A stretch of 40,640 bases of DNA from Intoshia linei (Eukaryota > Animalia > Orthonectida). A program made the position numbers and the translations under genes. Location: the NCBI GenBank assembly GCA_001642005.1, contig LWCA01000200.1, positions 1 to 40,640 on the forward strand, written 5' to 3'. Positions 18,394 to 30,269 of the stretch are shown piece by piece (position 1 is the first letter of the stretch; the number at the start of each line of letters is the position of its first letter). The notes under the pieces were generated by a model. The model had not been told where the DNA came from. It made no database searches and saw nothing but the letters and a program-made list of their open reading frames with translations.

Positions 18394-21300
18394 TTAATAC
18401 ATTGTATCCGCATGAGACGTTCTCGGTTTTTTAATTTTATCTTTGTTCTTTTTAATTATATCGTTTAGCAATGCCTAAATAAAAATAAATAATTACACAT
18501 TCATATAAACGTATTGATTTCTAATTTCAATCAAAGTCATTTTGAAGTTTACGAAATTTCTTGAATCGAGTTGTTTTAATGTTTCACGATAATCGGCCTA
18601 CAAATATAATAAATATTTCAACTACAAAGTAAAAAATAATTTTAGTTTATAATTTATATTTTTTGAAGCAATAAATCAGAGGCTTAATCCAGGGATAGGA
18701 ACTTTCTGTGATATCAGGTCAGACAAATAAATTTAAAAAATTTTTGGTTTGAATATATTTATTTTAAATTTTTATTAATATGATGATTGATGCTTTTTAA
18801 TATTTAACATTGAAATCTTTTCTACGTCTAATTCCATAGATGTTGATAATAGTAGTAAAATATCATTTAAGAGTGCATCAGTGAGATATGTTCTTAAATT
18901 ATTTTTGGTATATTTCATTTTCGAAAATATTTGCTCGCAACAATACGTACTCCCAAAAAAGGCTGACATTTTTTTGGCATGTTAAATTGTTTTGTTAAAT
19001 TTACAAATTTTCCAGTTGGAAGTTGATATTCTCTGTAGAAATTTATTATATTCATTCCGGAATTAAACTTAGATTTTAATATTGTATTTGATTAGAGATC
19101 AACTAACTCTAACTGATATATTTCAGATTTTTATAATAAAAATTATTGCGGGCCGTATGTTGACCATCCCTGGCTTAATCTCTAATATAAACAAATAATA
19201 AAATATCAGAGTTCTTCATTTAAATTTTACGAATAAAAAAATATCTGGCTATTGAGTTCTCTAGTTTTATAAAATAAAAATATATTCCGTCGTTTATAGA
19301 ACCATTAAAAAATAAAAGGTATATAAAACATACAATATGAGGATATTTGGTAATTTTCGAAACTATTTTTGCCCTGGATAGATAATATCTGGTAATCAAA
19401 TCCATGTGCGAACTAACATCGTGTTCAATTTCACGCACAATATTCAATATTTCTTCTTGAACGCCTACTCCAAAATTGTTTCCGTCCTCAATTTTCGGTA
19501 TTAAATAATTTATCCACATTTTAACCTAAATTGAAAAATAATGATTTATAGCAAAACCCACTTTTTAATAGTTTTAATTCATAATCATAAACATTATCAT
19601 TAATCACTACCTCAAAAAGGTGTTTTCACGATCAAAACGTCACATTACCTTTTTAATAAAATGAAAATAGTCCCAGACCTAAAAAAAAATGCAGTTTGTA
19701 CAGTTAACATTTTAATTTTTAATGTCACAAAGTGACGCTTTCACTGTCAAAACCGCACTTTGGTATTCATTTTTTTAATTTAGTAACTATTTCATTAAAA
19801 CATAAAATTTGAAATAAATAATAGTCTTAAAATTTAAAAAAAGATTATTCTTATACCGCTATTCGATTTAATATAGATACAAAAGGTCAACCTCAGCAAT
19901 CTATGATTCATGTAACAAAATTATATAATTTCATTAAATTTCACTTTATTTTAGTTTTAATATATATTCAACATTGTAAATTTTTTTTGTATTATATTTT
20001 GAAGCCAAGTAGTGAAATATTTTTTGTAATAATTTTAATTAGGATTTTAATATATTTTTAATGTTTTAATTATAATGGTTCTAAAATTTAAAATTGAAAA
20101 AATTGTCTTCAGACGTTTGAGCATTCCTTTAAAAGATTGGTAATAGTGGTATTTTTATGTAAGATATTATTTTGTTGTTAGAATTTGGTTGTTTTGTACT
20201 TCGTACAGACAGCACCTAGCTCTACCGAGGACCGAATTTTAATAGCAGAAATAGAGTCCATCAGGGTCAAAAACTCAAATTACTTTTTTTTTAAAAATAA
20301 AATCAGTTCTAGAATTTAAAAACCTAGTTTCTATTATAAGACAACATTTTTAGTTTAAAAAAAATTTCTGCTAAATTTTATTTTTAAATGATAGACCGAA
20401 TTGCAACATGTATATTCTAAAAGATAAAGGGAAATGTGTCTCCTAGTTACTGTACTAATATCATATTAATATTATTTTATACAAAGGATTATTGCATATT
20501 TTAAATTATTAAGTGTACTATTTTGGGTAACTAATATTTTTTAAATACATAATTAAAAATGGTAAATCTAATAAAACTATAAAAATTTCAATTATGAAAT
20601 TATCTTTAAAAAAAGGGCAAAATTTACCCTAATCATAGGTTTTTTAAAGAATTTCTAGGATTTTTTTTTACAGTACAATCTACACAAGAAAACGGAAATA
20701 TAATCCCATAACACAAATTTATTGATAATCGAGATTTTTTTTAAATTAAATTTTAATAATTAACAAATAGACAAAATTTAAAATCCACCATAAACAATCA
20801 TAATGCATGTTATACATTTTTTTAACACAAAATGGTTCACATTTGATAAAGTAAGATTTTTTATTTTATTAGACGTCAGTCACACATTAGACAATAATTA
20901 TTTGATTTTATACAATAATCATTACATGATCATTGATCATACATTTAAAAGTGAATCAACTTTATATATTAGTTAAGTTGTATATAACTACAAAAATTAC
21001 AATTATTAATAATATTTAAATATTAATTAATCCTTCAACTATGATACATTTTTAAAATTTTTTCAGGAATGTAAAAATTATAATTCTTATCTTATTTTTA
21101 AGCAAAATTTTTTTTCAGTGTAATTTTTCGAGATTCACGTTTTATCGCAAATTTTAATTTCAGAAATTGGAATCCATCAAAGTAAAAAACAAAGTTCTGG
21201 GATATATAAGCGTTTTAAAATCATTAATCTCAATTTCAGAAAAGATCTTAAAATTTTATAAAACAAATTGTAGGATAGTTTTTAAACTAATAAACCACAA

Positions 21301-22619
21301 CCTAAAAGTGTAAAAAAAAGAAAAACTAAAAAAAGTGTATTTTAACCATCAAAACTTTAGAATACTCTTTTTTCATAAAATAACACTAGAATGTATTGTT
21401 ATAAGATTCATTATAGCTCATATCAGACGTTCATCCTGTTAAAGCACCTGTCGCCAGTTAAATATTTGTACACCTGTAATTTATTTAATATTTCTTTCTT
21501 TTTAATTTAAATGTGATCATGTAATTATCTGCTATCAATTCCATATATATTGAAAAACAAATTTAAATATCTCATTATATACTATAATTAAATTAAAAAT
21601 TAAGAAACCAAAATTAATTACAATAGCTTAGTTGATATAGTGTTGTCAATCATTATCTTTTGATAGCGAACTGTAAAATTAAAAAGAGAACTATCATGTT
21701 CATCATGAAAATGTCAGCTTTTTATTTTTATGGGTCTCATGCAGATCCTCGAAAAAAGTTTTCATTCTGTTTTCTAGTGTAATCAATGATTATTAATCAT
21801 AAATCGAAAATTATATCTGATGTTTCAATAAAAAAAATCAAACTCAGCCCTTGTACCACGAAAACACCTTTTACCATGACTGGTGTACACAAACTGATTA
21901 TTCACCATTGTTAAACTTGATAAAAAGTACTTAATTTTACTGTTACTGGAATCATGCAATTTTTACTTTAATTTTAAATTGATAACAGAAATAAAAATAA
22001 AAATTTGCGTAAACATTGCTTTAAAATGATATAAAACAATTACGTCTGCAACATGAAAAGCCATCGTTTGTATAATAGGTTTCAAGATTTGAATACGAGC
22101 CTTGATGCCACGATTAATTGATATAGTGCCATTGGGTAAAAATAAACCTGCATAACAATTAAAAAAGCAAAAAACAATAATAACCATTCGTTTTAACTCG
22201 CTGAATCTAATTTGTAAATTAAAAAAAATTAACCCATACTTACATCAATCTCAATCGATGGTATAGGTACATCTTGATCAATTAAATCATCCAATGCAAT
22301 CGTATCAGAAAATACTTCTTCCTAACATTAAAAAATATCTATAACGAAAAATTTTAATTAACCTCTTCAATGATACGATTAATTTCCAAGACTATACTTG
22401 GCAATTTACATACAATTTCTTTTTCAACCTAAAAAATGTTTGTACCATAACACATTGAAACTTAAAATACCATAAAAATTGTCATAAAAATTTAAAATTT
22501 GAATAAAATAATTTAAAATAAACCTTCTTTTTAAACGCATCTTCGAAAGATTTATTCTAAATGTATTGTAAATGTATTTTTAAATTCCGGTGTACTTGTT
22601 TAGTTTCAGGTAAAAACAT
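18394..22619 (-). CDS. PSME3: Proteasome activator PA28gamma/REGgamma (11S), multi-exon
   Basis: Starts MFLPETKQ (22619-22596) and includes a 22-nt micro-exon at 22206-22185. Contains KMWINYLIPKIEDGNNFGVGVQEE (activation loop), RYYLSRAKIVSKITKYPHI, DYR...EIRNQY and C-terminal KIKKPRTSHADTMY*. Confidence 0.93.
18690..19172 (-). mobile_element. Internally deleted Buster/Charlie-type hAT transposon in PSME3 intron
   Basis: TIRs CAGGGAT.../...ATCCCTG with a perfect 8-bp TSD GCTTAATC (18682-18689 and 19173-19180). Encodes a hATC dimerization relic FGSTYCCEQIFSKMK...LRTYLTD (18775-18969). Confidence 0.9.
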
Positions 22620-22930
22620 AATCGTCGGTAAAGTAAATTTTAAATCTAAAATTAAATCGTTCTGATAAATGCAATTTTTTCAAACGTTTATTATCACTCC
22701 AACAGGATTTAATGCTAGGTAAATTTAATAAAATATTGATGAAAAGTTGAAATTGATAATGTTAATAAAGTTTTTCATTATTTTTTATGGGTAACTAATT
22801 TCATTACATTTTAAATTACATTTTAGTAAACTTAAAATTGATCTAATTTTTTGTGTTGTCGAGATACACTTTCACTTATTTGCCTTTTTTTTACAAATTT
22901 GAGTAAAGTAGAGTTTACTTAGTGTTTGCA

Positions 22931-25900
22931 ATGGTTTTACATTATTTAGTTCCAAAAGCAATTTGGACTGCGCTTGATTTGGCTTACACCAGATTTAATC
23001 GTTATTTTGTTTCCTCGTTTATCAAAAGCGCAGAAAAGGCAAAAATTGTGTACAAACAATGTTCCTACTCTGCCGGGTACACCACGAGAGAATACGGACA
23101 AGAAAACACCAAGGATTATAGATGTTATATAGGTAATTAAATTTTTAAAAAATGTTATATTTTTTTTAAATGTTTTAATTTTGTTCTCAGAAAATAAAGG
23201 TGTGATTATATCGCCTTTCCATGATATAAGCGTTTTTCCTGTTTATTCAGATGCAAGCAATATTGTTAATATGATCGTTGAAATTCCGAGGCATTCTAAT
23301 TCTAAAATTGAACTTTCAATGTCGGATAAACTAAACCCTCTTAAACACGACATAAAAGACGATAAAGTCAGATATGTTAAAAATATTTTTCCCTTTCATG
23401 GCTATCCCTGGAATTATGGTCTTATACCTCAAACATTCGAGAGTCCTAACGAAAAGGACAGACATACCAAATTATTTGGTGATGATGATCCTCTTGATAT
23501 CATCGATATTGGAAATTGTGTGAGTCGACTTATTTTTAAATTTTTAATATTCTTGTATTATTTTTAGATACATCCAACTGGAACAATCATACGTGTAAAG
23601 GTTTTGGGATGCATTGCTTTGATTGATGAAAGTATTTATTTAAAGTTTATAATGATTTACCGTTTCAATTTTAAATTCAATGGTTGTCAAGGGCGTCTAT
23701 ATTTTTTTAAAATTTGCAGAAAATTTAGACATGAACTTGTATTTTTTGTGTTACATTTAGACGGGTTAATAGTTCACATTTAGAAAATGGTTTTCATTGT
23801 TGTTTTGATATTATTCTGGTTATTTTGCTTATTAGTTTATATTGTAGATCAAACAGACTGGAAGATTGTAGCAATTGATGTTAATGATGACAGAGCTCAT
23901 CAATTAAATGGTATTACCATGTGGTTCTTTACTTTACATTTATCAAACTACGGACGTTAAAGTTTAAGGAGTTAATTGAAAAAATGTTTTTAGGGTTATT
24001 ATATTTTGGAAAATTTAAAATAATTTTTATTGCATTTTTTAACACATATAGATTTGGTAGTACATTTTGGTATAAAATTACTTTAACCTTTTAAAAAAAT
24101 TATAAAAAATTAGAATGTCTCCTTGGTACTGTTTCAGTAACAATTAAAAAAAATAAATATTACCGTATGATTTATGTCTCAGGAAGCCTGATGAAGAACC
24201 ATTACTATTGGCATTTTTGTTTTTAGTATACAATATTATTAATATAATTATAATGAACTTTTTTAGATGTAAATGATGTAAAATCAATATTACCAAGTTT
24301 ATTGAAGGTACAATGAATTTCTCAATAGACAAACGTATGCCAGGGTTATCGTCCATTTTTGTCTATCGGTCTGCGATTTAAGTTTATCAATTTTTCGTTA
24401 TTTTTAAAGGTGTTTCTATTCCATTTTTTACCCGGTTGGTTAATTACATTTAGGCCCATAATAGTAAGTATAACTTTAATACAATTTTAAAATATCCTAT
24501 TTAATTTAATTTTACTATTTACAATGTAAATTTTACATGATCATTCTTTTAATTTAATTTCTAATATAATTAATATTCAACTAATTCCATAAAAATGAAT
24601 AAATAATGTTGGATATTTGTCAATTGCGACAACGATTTTTCAATATGAATGGGGTGTACTTAAATACAACCATTTTTACTAAAAATTTAGTTTTAACAAC
24701 CATTTAGGGAATAATCCACTTTTACAAGTACCTAAGGGTTTAAGAGTTTGTAAAATTTGATTATTCCCTAAATAGTTTGTACAAGTGGGCTTTCCTTTGA
24801 AGAGATGGTAAAATTGGAATTTTCACTTAAGGGTTTGCGAAAATGAATTTTTCCTGTTAGAGTTGGTAAAACTCGATTTTTTCCTTAAGGTTTGGTAAAA
24901 CAGGAATTTTTCTATTTAGGGTTGGTAAAACTCGATTTTTTCTTTAAGGTTTGGTAAAACAGGAATTTTTCCATTTAGGCTTGGTAAAACTCGATTTTTT
25001 ACTTAGGGTTTAGTAAAACAGTAATTTTCCCTAAAAAGTTTGGAAATTTCGATTTTTAGTAAAACCGGTTGGGTTTAAGAATATTCTCTAATGTATAATT
25101 TGTATAGTATTCTTTGGAATGGTTCAAATTATATAAAATTCCAGATGGTAAACCAGAAAACAAGTTTGGTTTAAATGGTGACGTTCAAAACAAGGTATGG
25201 ATTATCTTGATTAAAAATACTGATTTATGTATAATGAAGCCAACTTTATAATTCATAGTTATATGACAAAGTCTTGACACTCCAGAGACACTTGGTTTCT
25301 ATCCGTTGTCCAGTAGAGCAGTTTTTCGGACGGTTGAAAATGAAATTTGGAATACTTTCTAAAACATACTCCTATGACCACATAAACTTCGACGCGGACT
25401 TTGATAACTGTGTCCTCATGTGCAACGAATTAATCCAAAAGTATAATTTGACTGAAACTGATTATTAGTTTTATATCTTCTAGTTACGACGAAACTTTGT
25501 ATTGATATTTATAAATTTTATACATATGTATTGTCAAACACATCTAAGATCGCTTCATATCAAGTACGAGGCGTCCATATCTAATACGTCAGGATTGTAT
25601 CATATGTTGTTATGTCATATTTGATAAAATGTGAATTTACTTTCAACTTCAGTAAATTATAAAGTTTGCTCAAATAAATTTTATTTGAAAATTTTCATTA
25701 TTTTTAACAGGAATTTGCACTAGAGATTATAAAAGACACTCACAAGTTATGGCAAAAATTACACTCTGATGAATCATGTTGGGAAACCCATGCTTGGTAT
25801 TATTATAATAATTCTTATTGACACATAAGATTCACTATAGATTCTAAGGCTTAGATTCTATTCAGCTTTTTTGAAAAGTCCTCTAAAACTGAGGGTAACG

Positions 25901-26654
25901 ATCAATTCTGTTATATACTAAATTAATTGAACAATGATAGTATTTAATTAGATTAAGAAAATTGATAATGATTTGTTGATGAAGTATATTAAAAAAATGC
26001 ATTTATTATATTATATATATTAAAAATTATATATAAAGCATATTCTTGATTAAACGACAAAAATAATTGAAAATTTTTTATAGCGTTAGTAGTGATGAGC
26101 CTTTTTAAGTCGTGTATCATGTGATACGTCGGCTTTAAAAGGATTAACCTGACTAACCTTGTAATATATTAATTTTATTTTATAGTCAAAACACAACATT
26201 GAAAAATAAAAACACTGTAACCGCTGAAGACTCAATCCTGTTATGCGATCAAGTATAATTACTAAAAGTTTATATTACATAAATTTAATTGTGTTTGTAG
26301 TTATTATTTATTAACGTGAGAAAATGCATTTTTTTCCATTTCTGAAAATTTCCTGTGATGAGTAGTGAAATGGTTAAAAATTTTCTTTGGTTAATTTTTG
26401 AATAAACATTTATAAGGGGTTTGGTACAAAATATATGCTTTTAGTGTGATTGTCATGAAAAAGTTTAATCATAAAGGATTTTACAGAATTTGTTAAGCTT
26501 ATTGTAAATAAGAAATGTGCCTTATTTATCAATTTAGAACCAACATTATCTTAAAGCCGATAAAAAAGCACTACATGGTATATCAAAATATTAATTAATT
26601 TAAAATTATAACTACTTTTTAGTTGATAATCAATACTATGTCCTGAAAGATTAA
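22931..26654 (+). CDS. PPA: Family I inorganic pyrophosphatase, multi-exon; start uncertain
   Basis: Exons ~22931-23132, 23191-23519, 23568-23631, 23848-23911, 24267-24307, 25108-25194, 25711-25796, 26186-26252, 26538-26577, 26623-26654. Motifs include [42 protein letters not shown] and [14 protein letters not shown]. Confidence 0.93.
24659..25079. mobile_element. Apparently complete foldback/MITE with minisatellite arms in PPA intron
   Basis: Termini CTTAAATACAACCATTTTTACTAAAAAT and ATTTTTAGTAAAACCGGTTGGGTTTAAG. About three copies of a 59-bp dimeric unit lie at ~24860-25030. Confidence 0.8.
25274..25468 (+). pseudogene. PIF/Harbinger-ISL2EU (DDE_Tnp_4-like) transposase C-terminal fragment
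   Basis: [18 protein letters not shown]...CVLMCN fits the R..VE..FG.LK..F..L...C..L.N motif. It lies in a PPA intron. Confidence 0.7.
26085..26157 (+). ncRNA. Candidate intronic box C/D RNA with long internal hairpin
   Basis: Terminal stem GTTAG/CTAAC, box C GTGATGA (26092-26098), box D CTGA (26149-26152) and a ~20-bp internal hairpin. Confidence 0.45.
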
Positions 26655-27229
26655 TTAAAAAATTGTAAAGTTTAAAAATAAAACACGTTTAAAGCAAAAG
26701 GAATCCCATCCATTTATAACCATTTTATTGTCAATATTATTGACCGATTGATTGAGGTCATGTGGAATTTCAAAGTACATGAGTGTATTTGAGAATTCCA
26801 TTCAAACATAATACTTAATTCATTCATTTTTATTTATTCAATTGCACAAAACTTTGTTTTCAGTGAATCTAGTAGTGAAATAATTCACTCTATAATCCCT
26901 TAACTTGGTCAAGTGTGTTAGCATTTCTAAATTTGTTTTTTTTTAAATTGTTGCCACAATTTGTTTAAAGTTAGTATTACAATTCTGTTGGACATTCCAA
27001 GTCGCGAATCAAGATGCCAAGTTAACTTTCTCATTAAAATTTAATTAACAATATTAAATAAAATATTAATATTATTAAAAATTGCTTAGCAATGAAAAAA
27101 ATTCCGAAGGAATGAATTATATAGATTTTCACCCATATGTCTTTATTGAAAATGTGTAGAGGTTCAAGGCATATTTTTTTTGAAATTGTGAGATCAATAT
27201 TTTTATTTTAATCGAAATGATTGAAAATA

Positions 27230-27675
27230 TATAAAAATAATTTTTCACCGAGAATGCGTAAATTTCTAGGGTTGAAATTTTGTATTTATATCAAATAAAA
27301 TAAGCACTATCAGAATAATATTATTTTTTAATTTTCGGATCGTTAATTATTGAACATTTTCTGTTTTAACAAAATATTTCGGAAAGAAAATATATGAATA
27401 CTAAAATGCTTTTTTGACCGTGAAGGCGTCACGTATTCATATTGAAATTTTTTGTGTGTGTTAACAGAATACAACTGTACCATCGGTAAATTTTTTTAAA
27501 TTTATGATTTTAAAATCCGTATGGGATATATATTTTTTTTAATTCTCGAACTCGTTTGATTTTAAAAAAAAAGACAATTGAGCTTTTTGACCCATAATCT
27601 GGGAGGTTGAAATTTATCTTACTTTCATATAATGATAACACAGACAAACAAAGCATATTATATATAAGTAAGGAT
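27230..27675 (-). mobile_element. Helitron-like dispersed repeat copy
   Basis: The minus-strand terminus is ATCCTTACTTATATATAATATGCTTTGTTTGTCTGTG and the body matches the other copies. Confidence 0.6.
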
Positions 27676-27839
27676 AAGACCTGCTGTTTACATATTTACA
27701 GTTTTTTGTAATGTTACTCCATGGCCAGAAAATTTAAAATAAATTATCAAATAATTTTTCAAATTGACTGAAAATTATACAAATTGTAGTACGAAAATAG
27801 GTGTTAAATTATACTCAAAACGATTAATTATAAAGTGTA

Positions 27840-29798
27840 ATGTGCGACATAATAATTCATATTGGTCAATGTGGTGCACAGCTAGCAGAAAGTTTTTGGC
27901 CATATTATACAAATATTGGAAAAATTGAACTAAATGATTCAAATTACTATTCAAATCGATATTCTCAATTTTACGATCAAAGATATTTCAAAAGGATGAT
28001 TTTGGTTGACAGTGATTTTAAAAAAAGAAACCAATTAAATAAAATTGCAAACATTTTATCTTTCCTAGAAACGGAACGAGATTTATTGGTAAAAAATAAA
28101 AAATTGTTCAATTATGATGAAATATGTTACAAAGGAAATAATCAGACATCATTGAAATGCTGGGCAAACGGGTACTTTGAAAACTCTCGACTACTGCAAA
28201 GTACACTAAATTCCCTTAGACAAAGATTGGATAGAATGTCTAAATTTACTAGTCTACTAATAGTTCACAGTTTAGCTGGAGGGATGGGTTCAGGATTTAC
28301 ATCACTTCTTTTGGAACATTTATCTGATTATTACCCAGGTGTGTTTAAAATTTGTGCATCTGTAGTACCACAGTCTTCAGGCGAATCACCATTGCAAGAT
28401 TATAATACTTTACTGTCTTTAACGTATTTGCAAAAGTATTCTGATTGTATTTTTTGGTTGGATAATGATCTTTTTCTAAATAATGGTAGTAAATCAACCC
28501 AGGCAAATTCTTTTTTGGAATGCAATAACGATATGATGTCACCTCTTGCGGCGCTATTTGATCCTAGTAAGATTATAACACCGTCCAATGAAGCCGTGGA
28601 AATTGTTAAATCTTTATGTCCTGTATTTAATACCAAAATTGCTACATTGTGTCATCCTACATTGAAACAATCAAGTGGTTACAAATCTTCAAGCTCTTTA
28701 TTAGATTTTTCTGAAACTGAATTGATAAGGTTTTTGATTACATGTGTAATCTGACCATTCTGTACATTTACTAAAATGCTTTTTTGACCGTGAAGTCGTC
28801 ACTTATTCAGATTGAAATTTTTTTGTTAATAACAGGATACAACTGTACCATCTGTAAATTTTTTTAAATTTACATTTATGATAATGATTTTAAAATCCTT
28901 ATCAGCGTATATATTTTTTTAAATTCTCTAATTCGTTTCATTTTCAAAAAAAGGAAAACTGGGATTTTTGACCCATAAGATGTGAGTTTGGAAGGTTGAA
29001 ATTTATTTTGTTAACACCCTGGAAAAAGCTGTAATTGAAATGTGGACTTTATAAAATTCTAAGACTGGTAGTTATTGAAATAAAGTAGAACATACACTTT
29101 TAGATTATTTTAGAATTATTATAGATTATTTTATTTTAATACATAAACATATTAATTTTTTAAATTGTAGGTGTTTCAAAAACGCGAAATTGGACAATTC
29201 TACCGTGTTGGAATGTATTTGTCGTACCCCTAATATTGAACAATTGGAAAATGCTTTTTGGAATAGAAGTACTTGTAATAGAAATCTTTCAAACCCAATA
29301 AATACTCTCCAAAAATGTTTAAACTCTGGGTTTAGTGAAACGTACGGTTTAAGAAAAGGTTTGTTGTTTATCATTTTAATGTCATTTTATTGATTAGATT
29401 CTGCCTATTTCTTAACCAAATATGATGTAATCCCTGGAAAATTGGGTAATAATCGATTTAAAATTAAATATTTAACTAACTTATCAAATTTCAAAAATAC
29501 TGTTGGACAAAAACAACATTTTACTCTTGCATTAAACCAGTCCGGAATAATACATTTGATTAAACCGAAATTAAACAAATTTATTCAAATGATGGAAAAT
29601 GGGTTCTATTTGCATTGGTACAAGAAAGTAGGTTGTGATTTAAGCTTTTTTAACGAATCAAAACAGAACGCATACGATATTATCGATTCTTACAAATATA
29701 TTATGGAACGTAGGTGCTTAATATATACATTATACCAGGCCCTAGTCAATGATCCGATTTTAGGTTCTGGAATGATTTCTAGTTTTCACCGATTCTAG
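27840..29798 (+). CDS. Divergent tubulin, most likely zeta-tubulin (delta/zeta clade)
   Basis: Exons 27840-28729, 29171-29358 and 29398 onward read IHIGQCGAQ, ILVDSD, HSLAGGMGSG, SGESPLQDYNTLLSL, YLHWYKKVGC. The 3' end may instead splice from ~29710 to an exon at 29891. Confidence 0.8.
28770..29125 (-). mobile_element. Helitron-like dispersed repeat copy filling tubulin intron 1
   Basis: High similarity to 3050-3280 and 27400-27620. Confidence 0.65.
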
Positions 29799-30269
29799 TC
29801 AATCGACCTAGGTTTATACCATTTAAGAATCACTGGTCTGATGCATACTTATCCGTTAAAATTTGTCATAAAAATGTATTATAATTTTAGATTGATCTCA
29901 AACTTCAATGTCGAAATTCTATTCAATCAAACATTCATAATGTAAAGACACATTGAATTTACATTTAATCTACAATTATACCTTAATTCAAATTACTATC
30001 AACGTATATAACCCAATCAGATGATAAAATATTTCTGCAACATTTCCCTATAACACGATTAAAAATTTCCATTGTGTAAATTTTTGATTTCGTTCAATGT
30101 TGTCATTTATCCTTTTTACTTTATTTAATGTTTATTCTATGGATACAAAAATAAATATAAATTTACAAATACTACTTTTAATTACGCTTTTCTAGTTTAT
30201 ATTATATTTTTATGAAATTGTTTATTATAAATGAATCTATAAATATAATTATGAAATTTTAATATTAAA

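Noticed and set aside
24180-24210. CTGATGA as a hammerhead ribozyme core
   Set aside because: No stem II followed by GAAA or other flanking helices found.
24320-24460. Hairpin (ATAGACAAA/TTTGTCTAT) as an H/ACA snoRNA
   Set aside because: No convincing H box or second hairpin.
24860-25030. CRISPR-like or telomeric array (contains TTAGGG-like words)
   Set aside because: No unique spacers and no pure TTAGGG tandem. It is a TE-associated minisatellite in a eukaryote.
26092-26152. SECIS interpretation of the ATGA hairpin
   Set aside because: It is intronic, lacks a correctly placed 3' GA quartet and apical AA, and PPA has no in-frame UGA.
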